Below, piece by piece: positions 31,234 to 40,736 of a DNA stretch of 64,000 bases. The stretch spans positions 480,001-544,000 of the forward strand of contig CAXXUO010000002.1 in NCBI GenBank assembly GCA_963666485.2. The letters are read 5' to 3'. A program made the translations under genes and the position numbers. Origin of the DNA: Syntrophorhabdaceae bacterium. Its GTDB lineage: Bacteria; Desulfobacterota; Syntrophorhabdia; Syntrophorhabdales; Syntrophorhabdaceae. The notes beneath the pieces were generated by a model. That model was not told where the DNA came from, searched no databases, and saw only the letters and a list, made by a program, of their open reading frames with translations. Position 1 is the first letter of the stretch, and each line of letters begins with the position of its first letter.

Positions 31234-32418
31234 ATGATATTTAAACAATTTAATTTTGAGGGATGCCTTGCTTACATCATAGCCGGTGAAAGCGGCGGAA
31301 AGGGAGCGATCATAGATCCCTCCCACGACGAAAAACCTTTTCTCGATTTTATCGCTGCTCATTCGCTGAAGATTGACTACGTGATCGATACCCACACGCA
31401 TGTCGACCATATCTCCCTTGCCCCGAAACTTGCAGACATTCTCGGGGCAAAAACGGTGATGGGGCGTCTGACATCGCTGCAGAGAGAAATAGGATCGGAG
31501 GTCACCGATCTTTTCGGGATCGAGAAGATCCTTGCCGAGAACGCCCGGAACCGGATCGATGTCTACCTGGGAGACGGTGATGAGCTTCATATCGGGGATA
31601 TCACTCTTAAAGCGATCGAGACGAAGGGCCACACGCAGGACCACATATCTATTCTTGCCGGCGACCGTATCTTTTCCGGCGACACGCTGCTGATCGGGCA
31701 GTGCGGAAGGACAGACCTGCCGGGAGGAAGCTCCCAGGACATGTACGACAGCCTTTTCGGGAAATTCATGGCGTTATCCGACGATCTTTTCGTGTATCCC
31801 GCGCACGATTACAAAGGGAATATAAATTCGTCTTTAGGGTTTGAAAAAACGAACAATGTCTGCTTCAAGACAAAAAGGACCCCTGCCGAATTTGAAAAAT
31901 TCCTCAAGGGGCTCTTTCCTCCTCTTAACGCGAGTACGGGTAAACTGCAGTGCGGCCTGTCCATGGAACCGGACCAGCAATCCGGCGACATCGGCCCGCT
32001 CATGAAAGGCTTCTGTATTTCGATGGAGGGTTTTCTCGCAGCACCTCACAGTGAAACCGTGATCCAACCCGAGGAGTTGCTCCAAAAAATACAGGCGCAT
32101 GAACAGATGTTCATAGTCGATGTTCGCGAGCCGAAGGAATTGGATGAGACCGGTTTCGTTGAGGGTGCCGTCAATATTCCCGTCCGGCAGGTAGCGGCGC
32201 GTATTGAAGAATTTCCGAAGGACCTCTCCACACCCATAGTGGCATACTGCGCCAGCGGACACCGCTCATCGCACGCCGCCGTATATCTACGGGCATACGG
32301 ATACCGCAACGTCAAAAATTTGGAATACGGCATGCACGGGTGGATGGATAGAAATTATCCGCTAAAGAAAGGTTCAAAGTTCAAAGTTCAAAGTTCAAGG
32401 TCGCGGGAAATCTCCTAA
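31234..32418 (+). CDS. MBL-fold hydrolase (persulfide-dioxygenase-like) fused to rhodanese
   Basis: DTHTHVDH, GHT, FSGDTL...CGRTDL, YPAHDY; rhodanese DVRE, GAVNIP, YCASGHRS, G..GW. Confidence 0.88.
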   Translation: MIFKQFNFEGCLAYIIAGESGGKGAIIDPSHDEKPFLDFIAAHSLKIDYVIDTHTHVDHISLAPKLADILGAKTVMGRLTSLQREIGSEVTDLFGIEKILAENARNRIDVYLGDGDELHIGDITLKAIETKGHTQDHISILAGDRIFSGDTLLIGQCGRTDLPGGSSQDMYDSLFGKFMALSDDLFVYPAHDYKGNINSSLGFEKTNNVCFKTKRTPAEFEKFLKGLFPPLNASTGKLQCGLSMEPDQQSGDIGPLMKGFCISMEGFLAAPHSETVIQPEELLQKIQAHEQMFIVDVREPKELDETGFVEGAVNIPVRQVAARIEEFPKDLSTPIVAYCASGHRSSHAAVYLRAYGYRNVKNLEYGMHGWMDRNYPLKKGSKFKVQSSRSREIS

Positions 32419-32451
32419 TAACCTTGAACCTTGAACCTTGAACTTTGAACC
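32371..32451. repeat. Inverted heptamer arrays (RGTTCAA)4 ... (TTGAACY)4
   Basis: GGTTCAA AGTTCAA AGTTCAA AGTTCAA GG, then CC TTGAACC TTGAACC TTGAACT TTGAACC. Confidence 0.85.
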
Positions 32452-32453
32452 GA

Positions 32454-33479
32454 TTATCTTAGTACTATCTTCCCCTTCGGTTCTTCGATAAACGTCCCGA
32501 TGACATAATGCTCGACGCCAAGGCGGATGGCGGTCTCTTCGAATTTTTTCCTGTCGGCCGGTGAGATCGCTATCATGAGCCCGCCGGATGTCTGCGGGTC
32601 GAATATGATATCGAAAAAGAAATCGGACCGTGCCGTCACGATGTGTTCTTTGTAGAAATCCCGGTTCCTGTATAGCCCGCCGGGGACAAACCCTGACGCT
32701 GCGAAACCAACGGCTTCTTCGAAATACGGCAATGCATCGGTGCGCAATTCGACCCCGATCGCATCGCGGATCATTTCCTTCAAATGACCGGCGAGCCCGA
32801 ACCCCGTGACATCGGTGCATGCATGGACATCGACGGTCAGCATGGCCTCGGCGGCTGTCCTGTTGAGCGCGGCCATGACCTTCGCAAGGCCAAGCGCCCG
32901 GTCCCGATCGAGGAGTTTTCCTTTTATTGCCGTGTTCATGATCCCTGTTCCCAGGGGCTTCGTCAGGATCAGAATGTCGCCAGGCTTCGCTCCCTCGTTC
33001 AATATGACCTTGTCGGGATGGACTATACCGGTGATGGCGAGTCCATATTTGATCTCTTCGTCGTCGACACTGTGGCCGCCGAGCAGGCTTACCCCGGCCT
33101 CCCGGACCTTGTCGGCACCACCGCGGATGATCTCTTTCAAAATGGCTATGTCGAATTTGCCCGGCGAAAAGCATACGAGGTTCAGCGCCGTCTTCGGGAC
33201 GGCGCCCATGGCGTAAATATCACTTAAAGCGTTCGCGGCCGCTATCTGGCCGAACCAGTAGGGGTCGTCGACGACGGGTGTAAAGAAGTCCACCGTCTGG
33301 ACGAGCGCGATCTCATCCGTTATCTTGTAAACCCCGGCATCTTCAAACCCTTCGATCCCGACAAGAACATGGTCGTCCGCGGGTATGTCGATCCCGCACA
33401 GGATATTGGCAAGGTCACCCGGACCTATCTTGGACGCTCACCCGCCGCCGCGGACAAACTTCGTCAGTTCGTTGTCCAT
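32454..33479 (-). CDS. selD: Selenide, water dikinase (selenophosphate synthetase), selenocysteine-containing
   Basis: ATG 33479 with GGGAGG RBS: MDNELTKFVRGGG-(TGA 33438-33440)-ASKIGPGDL...EDAGVY...QTVDFFTP...ANALSDIYAMG...GGHS...TKPLG.G...TDVTGFGL.GH...DPQTSGGL. Confidence 0.96.
33412..33426 (-). promoter_or_regulatory. Putative bacterial SECIS apical hairpin in selD
   Basis: AGGTC-CGGGT-GACCT stem-loop starting 12 nt after the in-frame UGA, with a G-rich loop. Confidence 0.6.
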
Positions 33480-33506
33480 GTGCCCCTCCCTTAACGCTCC
33501 CGACAA

Positions 33507-33797
33507 TTACCGGGGAAGCATCTTCTTTTCTCTTCTCCTGGGCTGCGGGGCCTCTTCCAATTCAATATAGCGCTCCTCTATCTTCTCGATCCCCGCATAA
33601 TAACAGCAGTTGACGCTTTTGTAATTGTTGTCGAAGACCCGGACCTTTCCATCCTGGAAATTGATACGGACATAGCAGAACCCGCCGGGGAGCTCGGACC
33701 GTCTCTCCTCGATAACGACCCCCATGCCCCAGCGCATAAACCTCTTATGGTACACGTGATCGCCAACCTGTAAATATAAGGAATAATCCGCAATCAT
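33507..33797 (-). CDS. DUF3553-like small SH3-fold protein
   Basis: GDHVYH..F..WGMGVV.E......G...V.I.F.DG..R.F. Confidence 0.65.
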   Translation of the reverse strand: MIADYSLYLQVGDHVYHKRFMRWGMGVVIEERRSELPGGFCYVRINFQDGKVRVFDNNYKSVNCCYYAGIEKIEERYIELEEAPQPRRREKKMLPR

Positions 33798-33898
33798 CGG
33801 ATAAGCATAGCACAGAAAAAATGGAGGGACAAGACGGCCGGACTTAAGGAAGGCTAGTTGGTACGATAAGTTCGCGAGAGGAATAAATAAAAAAAATC

Positions 33899-33927
33899 GG
33901 CTATAGGCGATGGGCTATAGGCGATGG
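33899..33927. repeat. Heptamer-period repeat GGCTATA GGCGATG x2
   Basis: GGCTATAGGCGATGGGCTATAGGCGATGG. Confidence 0.6.
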
Positions 33928-33940
33928 GAAAACCGAAAAA

Positions 33941-33978
33941 AATAAAGACGCTGGATTCCCGCTTCGCGGGAATGACGG
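33941..33978. repeat. REP-like palindrome
   Basis: AATAAAGACGCTGGATTCCCGCTTCGCGGGAATGACGG; same family as 41802-41841; a degenerate copy lies at about 34073-34103. Confidence 0.65.
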
Positions 33979-34141
33979 CCCTGAAAGGCATATAGCCGCC
34001 TTAGTCTTTAGCGGTTATATGTAAAAACAAAGACCTCTCGCACTGCGGACAGGTGCGCTACTTACGGAATATCGTCACCCCGGTGCTTGACGCCGGAATG
34101 ACGGCCTAGGGAGGATTGCGAAGGATCAACTGATAGTTTTT

Positions 34142-34196
34142 CGCCGTACGCCGTTAGCCGTTAGCCGTTAGCCGTTAGCCGTTAGCCGTTAGCCGC
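34142..34196. repeat. (GCCGTTA)n heptamer array next to a terminator
   Basis: GCCGTAC followed by six GCCGTTA units. Confidence 0.85.
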
Positions 34197-34198
34197 AT

Positions 34199-34224
34199 AA
34201 AAAAAGGGGACCCGAAGGTCCCCT
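34199..34224 (-). terminator. Intrinsic terminator of the acyl-CoA synthetase operon
   Basis: Minus strand AGGGGACC-TTCG-GGTCCCCT followed by a T-tract. Confidence 0.85.
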
Positions 34225-34242
34225 GTTTTTATGCATATTCTC

Positions 34243-35850
34243 TTACTGATGATCCGCCCATTTGCCGAAACGCTCGCGGAGGATCCTGTGGAGGATCTTG
34301 CCAGCGCCGGAACGCGGCATTTCTTCGTCTTTGATGAAGTGGATGTTCTTCGGTACCTTGAAGCCGGCGATCTTGCCCTTGCACCACTCGCCAACTGCCT
34401 TGGCATCCATCGTTTTGCCTTCATGGAGAACGATGACCGCTGTTACCTGCTCGCCCCATTTTTCATGAGGTACGCCGATGACGGCAACGTCTTTGACGTC
34501 CGGATGTCCGCCCACACAGTTCTCAACTTCTGACGGGAAGACATTCTCGCCGCCGGAGATGATCATGTTGGCTTTTCTGTCAACCAGTGTGTAGTAGCCT
34601 TCCTCATCCCTCATGGCCATGTCGCCGGCGCTGAAGTACTCGCCCTTCATTGCGGCTTTTGTCTTTTCGGGGTCTTTCCAGTACTGCTCGAAGATCTGCG
34701 GGCTGCGTGAGTAGAGCTCGCCGACGACGTTCGGTTTGTCGATGAGGGTCCCATCTTCGTCATAAAGCTCGATGATGTCGGTGCCGACGACCTCACGGCC
34801 GATGGAGCCGAGTTTCGTCATCTGTTCGTGCGGTTTCAGGATCGTGACGATGCCTGCTTCCGTTGAACCGTATGCTTCGTACAGTGCGGAGTTCGGGAAC
34901 ATCTTGAGGATGCCCTGTTTCGTGTCGCGGCGTGCCGGAGCAGAGGAGCACAGGAGCTTCTTGATCGCGTTCAGGTTGTATTTTGCCTTTACTTCGTCCG
35001 GGAGTGCCAGCATCATGATGTAGTGTGTCGGGACGAGAGACGTAAAGGTTACGCCAAAGTCTGCAAACGTCTTGATAAGGTCTTCCGGGTTGAAGGAGAC
35101 CATGTTGTAGGCCATGACGGTGCCGCCGACCCATGTGACAACGAATGAATAGAACAGGGAGTTGACGTGGCAGCACGGCATGACGAGCAGGTTGCAGTCG
35201 TCAAAATTGAAGCTGTGATCGTAGATCATGATGAAATACTGGGAGAAGAGGTTTGCGTGGCTCTTCATAACGCCCTTGGGCAGGCCGGTTGTTCCGCCGG
35301 TGTACATGATGACCCAGATATCGTCTGCTTCCACTACCGTCGCGGGCTCTGCCGCGCTTGCCTTGGCAAGCATCTGCTCGTAGTTGATGTAGCCGTCATA
35401 GCTCGGGCTGTCAACGGCAAAGTTGATGTAGTGCTCGACGGTCTTCAGGCTCTTCTTCATTCCATTGACCTGGTTGATCCAGGGGAATTCCTTGCCGTCC
35501 GCTTTGTCAATGCCGCTCTGGACGATAAAGACTTTCGCTTCGCAATGGTTGATGATGTACTCCATTTCGACCGGCGCAAGTCTGAACATCAGCGGCACGC
35601 AGAGGAAGCCGCCCTTTGCTGCGGCGGCATAAAACTCGAGCCACTCAACGCAGTTGTATGCGAGTACGGCAAACCTGTCGCCTTTTTTCATTCCAAGATC
35701 AGCAAGGGCATTTGCCAGCCGGCAGGCCCTTTCATTCCACTGCTTGAAAGTCCACTGTTTGTAAAGGTCTTTAATACCAATTTTGTCGGGCCATTTAAAC
35801 GCATTCACTCTCAACACGTCTTTAGCCGTCATCCAATGACCGTTCTTCAT
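34243..35850 (-). CDS. AMP-dependent acyl-CoA synthetase (paralog A)
   Basis: YTGGTTGLPKG, YGSTE, GELYSR, AGD, DRK..MIISGGENV.P.EVE, PRSGAGK. Confidence 0.93.
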   Translation of the reverse strand: MKNGHWMTAKDVLRVNAFKWPDKIGIKDLYKQWTFKQWNERACRLANALADLGMKKGDRFAVLAYNCVEWLEFYAAAAKGGFLCVPLMFRLAPVEMEYIINHCEAKVFIVQSGIDKADGKEFPWINQVNGMKKSLKTVEHYINFAVDSPSYDGYINYEQMLAKASAAEPATVVEADDIWVIMYTGGTTGLPKGVMKSHANLFSQYFIMIYDHSFNFDDCNLLVMPCCHVNSLFYSFVVTWVGGTVMAYNMVSFNPEDLIKTFADFGVTFTSLVPTHYIMMLALPDEVKAKYNLNAIKKLLCSSAPARRDTKQGILKMFPNSALYEAYGSTEAGIVTILKPHEQMTKLGSIGREVVGTDIIELYDEDGTLIDKPNVVGELYSRSPQIFEQYWKDPEKTKAAMKGEYFSAGDMAMRDEEGYYTLVDRKANMIISGGENVFPSEVENCVGGHPDVKDVAVIGVPHEKWGEQVTAVIVLHEGKTMDAKAVGEWCKGKIAGFKVPKNIHFIKDEEMPRSGAGKILHRILRERFGKWADHQ

Positions 35851-36156
35851 AACAAAACCCTCCTTAGTGTGATTGATGGAAATCCCGGTATGTCTCCCAC
35901 CTTATTTTGAATACGGTGGTTCTTTGTACAGGCAATGCCTGAACGATGCCTTTTGATAGTATGCCCGGCAATGGATCCGTTGTTAAACTGCCAGAGATAG
36001 GAACAGCACTTGAAGTTAAGCTTCTGCCGCTTCTCACGTAACCCCTTATTTCAAAAACTAATCTTTACTTTTACCTTAACGGGACTTGTAAAGTCAATGA
36101 AATCCCGCGGGTGGATAAGAGGGCGGGGATATTGATCCCCGCCCCGATTGTGCGTC

Positions 36157-37764
36157 TTACTGGTTGTCGCCCCATTTGCCGTAACGCTCGCGGAGGATCC
36201 TGTGGAGGATCTTGCCCGCGCCTGATCTCGGCATTTCTTCGTCGGGGATGATATAAATATTTTTCGGTACCTTGAAGCCTGCGATCTTGCCCTTGCAGTG
36301 TTCGGTGATCTCTTTCGGTGTCAGCTGTTTCCCTTCGTGAAGGACAACGACTGCCGTTACCTGTTCGCCCCATTTTTCGTGGGGTACGCCGATGACCGCA
36401 ACGTCTTTTACAAATTCATGGGAACCTACGCAGTTCTCAACTTCCGACGGGAAAACATTCTCGCCGCCGGAGATGATCATGTTGGCTTTCCTGTCGACCA
36501 GGTAATAGTAACCTTCTTCGTCACGGTAGCCCATGTCGCCCGCGCTGAAATACTGGCCCTTCATTGCGTTCTTCGTCTTTTCCGGGTCTTTCCAGTATTC
36601 TTCGAAGATCATCGGGCTGCGGGAGTAGATCTCGCCGATCTGGTTCGGCTCGGTAATGAGCTTGCCGTCTTCGTCGTAGATCTGGAGAATGTCGGTCCCG
36701 ATCGCCTCGCGGCCGATGGAGCCGAGTTTTTTCATCTGTTCTTCCGGTTTCAGGATCGTTACGCATCCCGCTTCCGTCGACCCGTATGCCTCGAAAAGCC
36801 GTGAGTTCGGGAACATTGCGAGGATGCCCTGCTTCGTGTCGCGCCGCGCCGGTGCCGAAGAGCACAGGAGCTTCTTGATCGCGTTCAGGTTGTATTTTGC
36901 CTTTACGTCGTCCGGGAGTGCCAGCATCATGATGTAGTGCGTCGGAACGAGGGAGGTAAATGTGATCCCGTGGTCCGAGAATGTCTTGATGAGGTTTTCC
37001 GGGTTGAATGAGACCATGTTGTAGCACATGACCGTGCCGCCGACCCATGTCACGACAAATGAGTAGAACAATGAGTTTACGTGGCAGCAGGGCATGACCA
37101 GCAGAATTGTGTCGTCGAAATTGAACTCATGATCATAGATCATGATGAAATACTGGGAGAAGAGGTTTGCGTGGCTCTTCATAACGCCCTTGGGCAGGCC
37201 GGTCGTTCCGCCGGTGTACATGATGACCCAGATGTCGTCCGGGGTGACTTCGACTTCCGGCTCGGCCGGACTTGCCTTTGCAAGCATCTGCTCGTAGTTG
37301 ATGTAGCCGTCGTAGCTCGGGCTGTCAACGGCAAAGTTAATGTAATGCTCGACGGTCTTCAGGTTCTTTTTCATCCCGTTGACCTGTTCGATCCAGGGGA
37401 AATCCTTCCCGTCTGCAGGATCAGCACCGCTCTGCACGATAAAAGCCTTTGCTTCGCAGTGATTGATGATGTATTCCATCTCAACCGGCGCAAGCCGGAA
37501 CATAAGGGGCACGCAGAGAAAGCCGCCCTTTGCCGCTGCGCCGTAGAAATCCATCCATTCCACGCAGTTGTAGGCGAGCACCGCAAAGCGGTCGCCTTTT
37601 TTCAGACCTAAATCGGCGAGGGCATTCGCAAGCCGACAGGTCCTGTCATTCCACTGCTTGAACGTAAATGCCTTGTACAGATCTTTTGCGCCAACTTTGT
37701 CCGGGTACTTAAATGCTTGAATCCTTAGAACATCCTTCGCTGTCATCCAGTGGCCGTTCTTCAT
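36157..37764 (-). CDS. AMP-dependent acyl-CoA synthetase (paralog B)
   Basis: Same motifs; 535 aa, colinear with paralog A. Confidence 0.93.
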   Translation of the reverse strand: MKNGHWMTAKDVLRIQAFKYPDKVGAKDLYKAFTFKQWNDRTCRLANALADLGLKKGDRFAVLAYNCVEWMDFYGAAAKGGFLCVPLMFRLAPVEMEYIINHCEAKAFIVQSGADPADGKDFPWIEQVNGMKKNLKTVEHYINFAVDSPSYDGYINYEQMLAKASPAEPEVEVTPDDIWVIMYTGGTTGLPKGVMKSHANLFSQYFIMIYDHEFNFDDTILLVMPCCHVNSLFYSFVVTWVGGTVMCYNMVSFNPENLIKTFSDHGITFTSLVPTHYIMMLALPDDVKAKYNLNAIKKLLCSSAPARRDTKQGILAMFPNSRLFEAYGSTEAGCVTILKPEEQMKKLGSIGREAIGTDILQIYDEDGKLITEPNQIGEIYSRSPMIFEEYWKDPEKTKNAMKGQYFSAGDMGYRDEEGYYYLVDRKANMIISGGENVFPSEVENCVGSHEFVKDVAVIGVPHEKWGEQVTAVVVLHEGKQLTPKEITEHCKGKIAGFKVPKNIYIIPDEEMPRSGAGKILHRILRERYGKWGDNQ

Positions 37765-37828
37765 GAGTGTGTTCCTCCTATCGAGTGTGAGTTAGTAGAT
37801 GTACGGTTGTCCTAGGGATATCGATAGT

Positions 37829-39100
37829 TTATTCCACCAGCTCAAGCAAATGATGTACCTTCTGTGGCATTTTGTTTAACAAAACGTTATCAAGCAGGTT
37901 GATCATGCAGCCCGGGCAGGCGGTAACAACGATATCCGCGCCAGTCGCTTTTATTCCATCCATTTTCTTTAATGCTATCTTCTTCGTCAGGTCATAGTGA
38001 TAGACGCTGAACGAGCCGCCCATGCCGCAGCACAGGTCGGCATTGGGCATTTCAACATATGTCAGGCCCTTGAGTGCTTTCAGTATCGCCCTCGGCTGGT
38101 CCTTTATGTTCTGGTACCTGATGAGGTGGCAGGGATCGTGCCACGTCGCGGTCTTGCCTTCGAATTCTTTTTTCAGCTTGAATTCCTCGGGCGGGACCTT
38201 CAGGATGTCGATGATGAATTCGGTGCTGTCCTTCACCTTCTTCTCGAACTCGGTATATCTTTTCTGCTGGTCCTCATTGTCGGGAAGGTATTTCTGGTAA
38301 TCCTTGAGTGTCGAACTGCACGTGCCGCACCCGGTCACGATATAATCGACATCGAGGTCCTTGTACGCTTTAATGTTGAGGTCCGCGAGCATGCGGCCCG
38401 TCTCGAGATCACCGCTGAAATAGATAGCGGCGCCGCAGCAGTTCTGGTCCTCGGGAACGATAACCTCGCATCCGTGCTTCGTAAGAAAGTCAATTATCTT
38501 AAGACCGAGTTCCGGATAGACGAAGTCCATCGCACATCCCATAAAAAAACCAACTTTAAACTTTGCCTGCTGGCCATTCTGCGGCTTGTAGACCGGTTTC
38601 ACCTGGTCGCGCAGGAACGTCTTTGACAATGACGGGAAATTCCTTTTGCCAAGCCCTTTCACGAAATCGGGGAGATGCTTGATCTTCCCTTCTGTAGTCG
38701 GCATCATCCACTGGAATTTCTGCATGAGACGGGCATATTTCCCGAATGCCTTCCTGTTGGCCATGACCTTCCGGAAAGCGAAATTCTTGATGGCACCGAG
38801 GCCTTTTTCCTTGACCATCTCGGCGCGCGCGGCGACGACAACGCGGTCGATCTGTGTTTTCGCCGGGCAGTTTGCAGCACAGCGTTTGCACAGGAGGCAC
38901 TTGCCGATGATGTCGGCCATTTCAGGGGTCCATTCCTGTTTGCCTGCGAGCGCCTGTTTAACGAGATAGTTCTTCCCGCGGGCAACGGAGGTCTCCATTT
39001 TCTCTTCCTGGTACACCGGGCAGAAGAAGCTGCAGAACCCGCATTTCATGCACTGATTTGCGTACTGCTCTATTTTTTTAAGTTCTTTCAGGTCTTTCAC
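37829..39100 (-). CDS. GlcF/HdrD-like Fe-S subunit (2x 4Fe-4S plus two CCG domains)
   Basis: CMKCGFC...CP, CLLCKRC...CP, QNCCG, HDPCH, CCGMGG, TACPGC. Confidence 0.9.
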   Translation of the reverse strand: MKDLKELKKIEQYANQCMKCGFCSFFCPVYQEEKMETSVARGKNYLVKQALAGKQEWTPEMADIIGKCLLCKRCAANCPAKTQIDRVVVAARAEMVKEKGLGAIKNFAFRKVMANRKAFGKYARLMQKFQWMMPTTEGKIKHLPDFVKGLGKRNFPSLSKTFLRDQVKPVYKPQNGQQAKFKVGFFMGCAMDFVYPELGLKIIDFLTKHGCEVIVPEDQNCCGAAIYFSGDLETGRMLADLNIKAYKDLDVDYIVTGCGTCSSTLKDYQKYLPDNEDQQKRYTEFEKKVKDSTEFIIDILKVPPEEFKLKKEFEGKTATWHDPCHLIRYQNIKDQPRAILKALKGLTYVEMPNADLCCGMGGSFSVYHYDLTKKIALKKMDGIKATGADIVVTACPGCMINLLDNVLLNKMPQKVHHLLELVE

Positions 39101-39121
39101 TCTTAAACCCCCTTGTATAAA

Positions 39122-40504
39122 CTACTCCCAGATCTTGCCCGGGTTCATGATGTTGTTCGGGTCGATAAGGGCCTTGATACCCTTCATCATGTTTATGACG
39201 GCGGGCTCGGTGACCTTTCTCATGAATTTCTGTTTCTCGAGGCCGACTCCATGTTCTCCGGAGAGCACTCCGCCAAACTCAACGGCGGCGCTTTCAATGA
39301 TCTCATCCACTGCCTTTAAGGCGCGATCATAATGATCCTTATTGGCGGGGTCCGTCAGAACGGCCGGATGGAGGTTCCCGTCACCGGCGTGGCCGAGGAC
39401 GACGATCTCGACATCGTATTTCTTTGCGATATCCCTGATCTTCCTGACGAAGGCGGGGATGTTTCCGCGCGGTACCGTAACGTCTTCCGCGAATACCTGT
39501 TTCGCTTTTCCGAAGACAGCGGCGAAACCGGCGCGGCGGGCCATCCAGTACTTGTTGGCTTCGTCCATGTTCGGTGCAATGCGGGCTTCTTTTGCGCCAT
39601 ATTTCTTTGTGATCTCCGCGATCTTCTCCGCTTCTTTCTCGACGACCTCAGCCATGCCGTCCACCTCGAACAGGAGGCACGCATCGGCATCCTTCGGGAG
39701 GCCGATCGGCATCATCTCTTCGATCCGGTTGATGACCCAGTTGTCGATCATTTCGATCTTACAGGGGATAACGCCGTTCTCGAGTACGCGGAACACGCCT
39801 TCGCCGGCGACCGAAACATCGTCATAAACAACGCAGAGCGTCTTTCTCGCCTGGGGCAGGGGGTTCAATTTCAATTCGGCCTTGGTGATGACTCCGAGCG
39901 TTCCCTCGCCGCTGATGAAGATATGAAGCAGGTCGTAACCGACGACATTCTTCAATGTTCTGCCGCCGAGGTGAATAACCTCGCCGTTCGCAAGGACAAC
40001 TTCGACACCGAGGATATACTGTTTTGTAACACCGTATTTCACACCGGCAGGGCCGCCTGCGTTCTCAGATATGATACCGCCCATCGTCGCGCCGAGGAAG
40101 CTCTGGGGATCGGGCGGGAAGAAAAGGCCGTCTTTCATGAGCCTCAAGGTGAGGTCCTGGAGGACGACGCCCGGCTCGACCGTGGCGGTCAGGTTTTCCT
40201 TGTCGACTTTGAGTATCTTGTTGAACTTCGTCATGACCATAACAATGCCGCCATGCCAGGGAACCGATCCGCCGCTGACATTTGTGCCGCCGCCCCTCGG
40301 GGTGACCGGGATCTTTTCGGCATTGGCAATTTTCATAATGCGGGACACTTCATCAGTCGTCGTAGGAAACACAACGACATCGGGTTCGTGGATCCAGCTT
40401 GTCGTTCCGTCGTAGGAATAGGCTTTAAGAGCTTCAGGCGCTGTCAACACATTGTCTTTACCGACAATCTTCTGTAATTCGCTGATCACTGACTCTTTTA
40501 ACAT
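39122..40504 (-). CDS. FAD-linked 2-hydroxyacid dehydrogenase subunit (GlcD/LctD family)
   Basis: PRGGGT..SGG, FPPDP.S...T.GG..ENAGG, KNVVGYDL, GEGTLG, EDVTVPR, GHAGDGNLH, SGEHGVG.EK, DP.NIMNPGK. Confidence 0.93.
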   Translation of the reverse strand: MLKESVISELQKIVGKDNVLTAPEALKAYSYDGTTSWIHEPDVVVFPTTTDEVSRIMKIANAEKIPVTPRGGGTNVSGGSVPWHGGIVMVMTKFNKILKVDKENLTATVEPGVVLQDLTLRLMKDGLFFPPDPQSFLGATMGGIISENAGGPAGVKYGVTKQYILGVEVVLANGEVIHLGGRTLKNVVGYDLLHIFISGEGTLGVITKAELKLNPLPQARKTLCVVYDDVSVAGEGVFRVLENGVIPCKIEMIDNWVINRIEEMMPIGLPKDADACLLFEVDGMAEVVEKEAEKIAEITKKYGAKEARIAPNMDEANKYWMARRAGFAAVFGKAKQVFAEDVTVPRGNIPAFVRKIRDIAKKYDVEIVVLGHAGDGNLHPAVLTDPANKDHYDRALKAVDEIIESAAVEFGGVLSGEHGVGLEKQKFMRKVTEPAVINMMKGIKALIDPNNIMNPGKIWE

Positions 40505-40550
40505 CCCTGGTACCCCCTGATTTTTGATATTGTTACTAATTTCACGTTCT

Positions 40551-40580
40551 TTTATATCGTGTTCAACCGCCCTTTGTCAA
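40551..40580 (-). promoter_or_regulatory. Putative sigma70 promoter of the GlcD-like operon
   Basis: Minus strand TTGACA-N18-TATAAA. Confidence 0.5.
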
Positions 40581-40736
40581 TAGAAATCAAAAGCCCCAAA
40601 ACCCCCTGATATCAAGTATTTCGCTCTTATTACAGGCTTGCGGCCGGCGCGGGAAAATGGTATTTAATCACATGTTTCGCATGCTGAACAAAGGGGCCGG
40701 GAGCAGCCGGACCATATTTCTCAAATCGGGTGCTTT

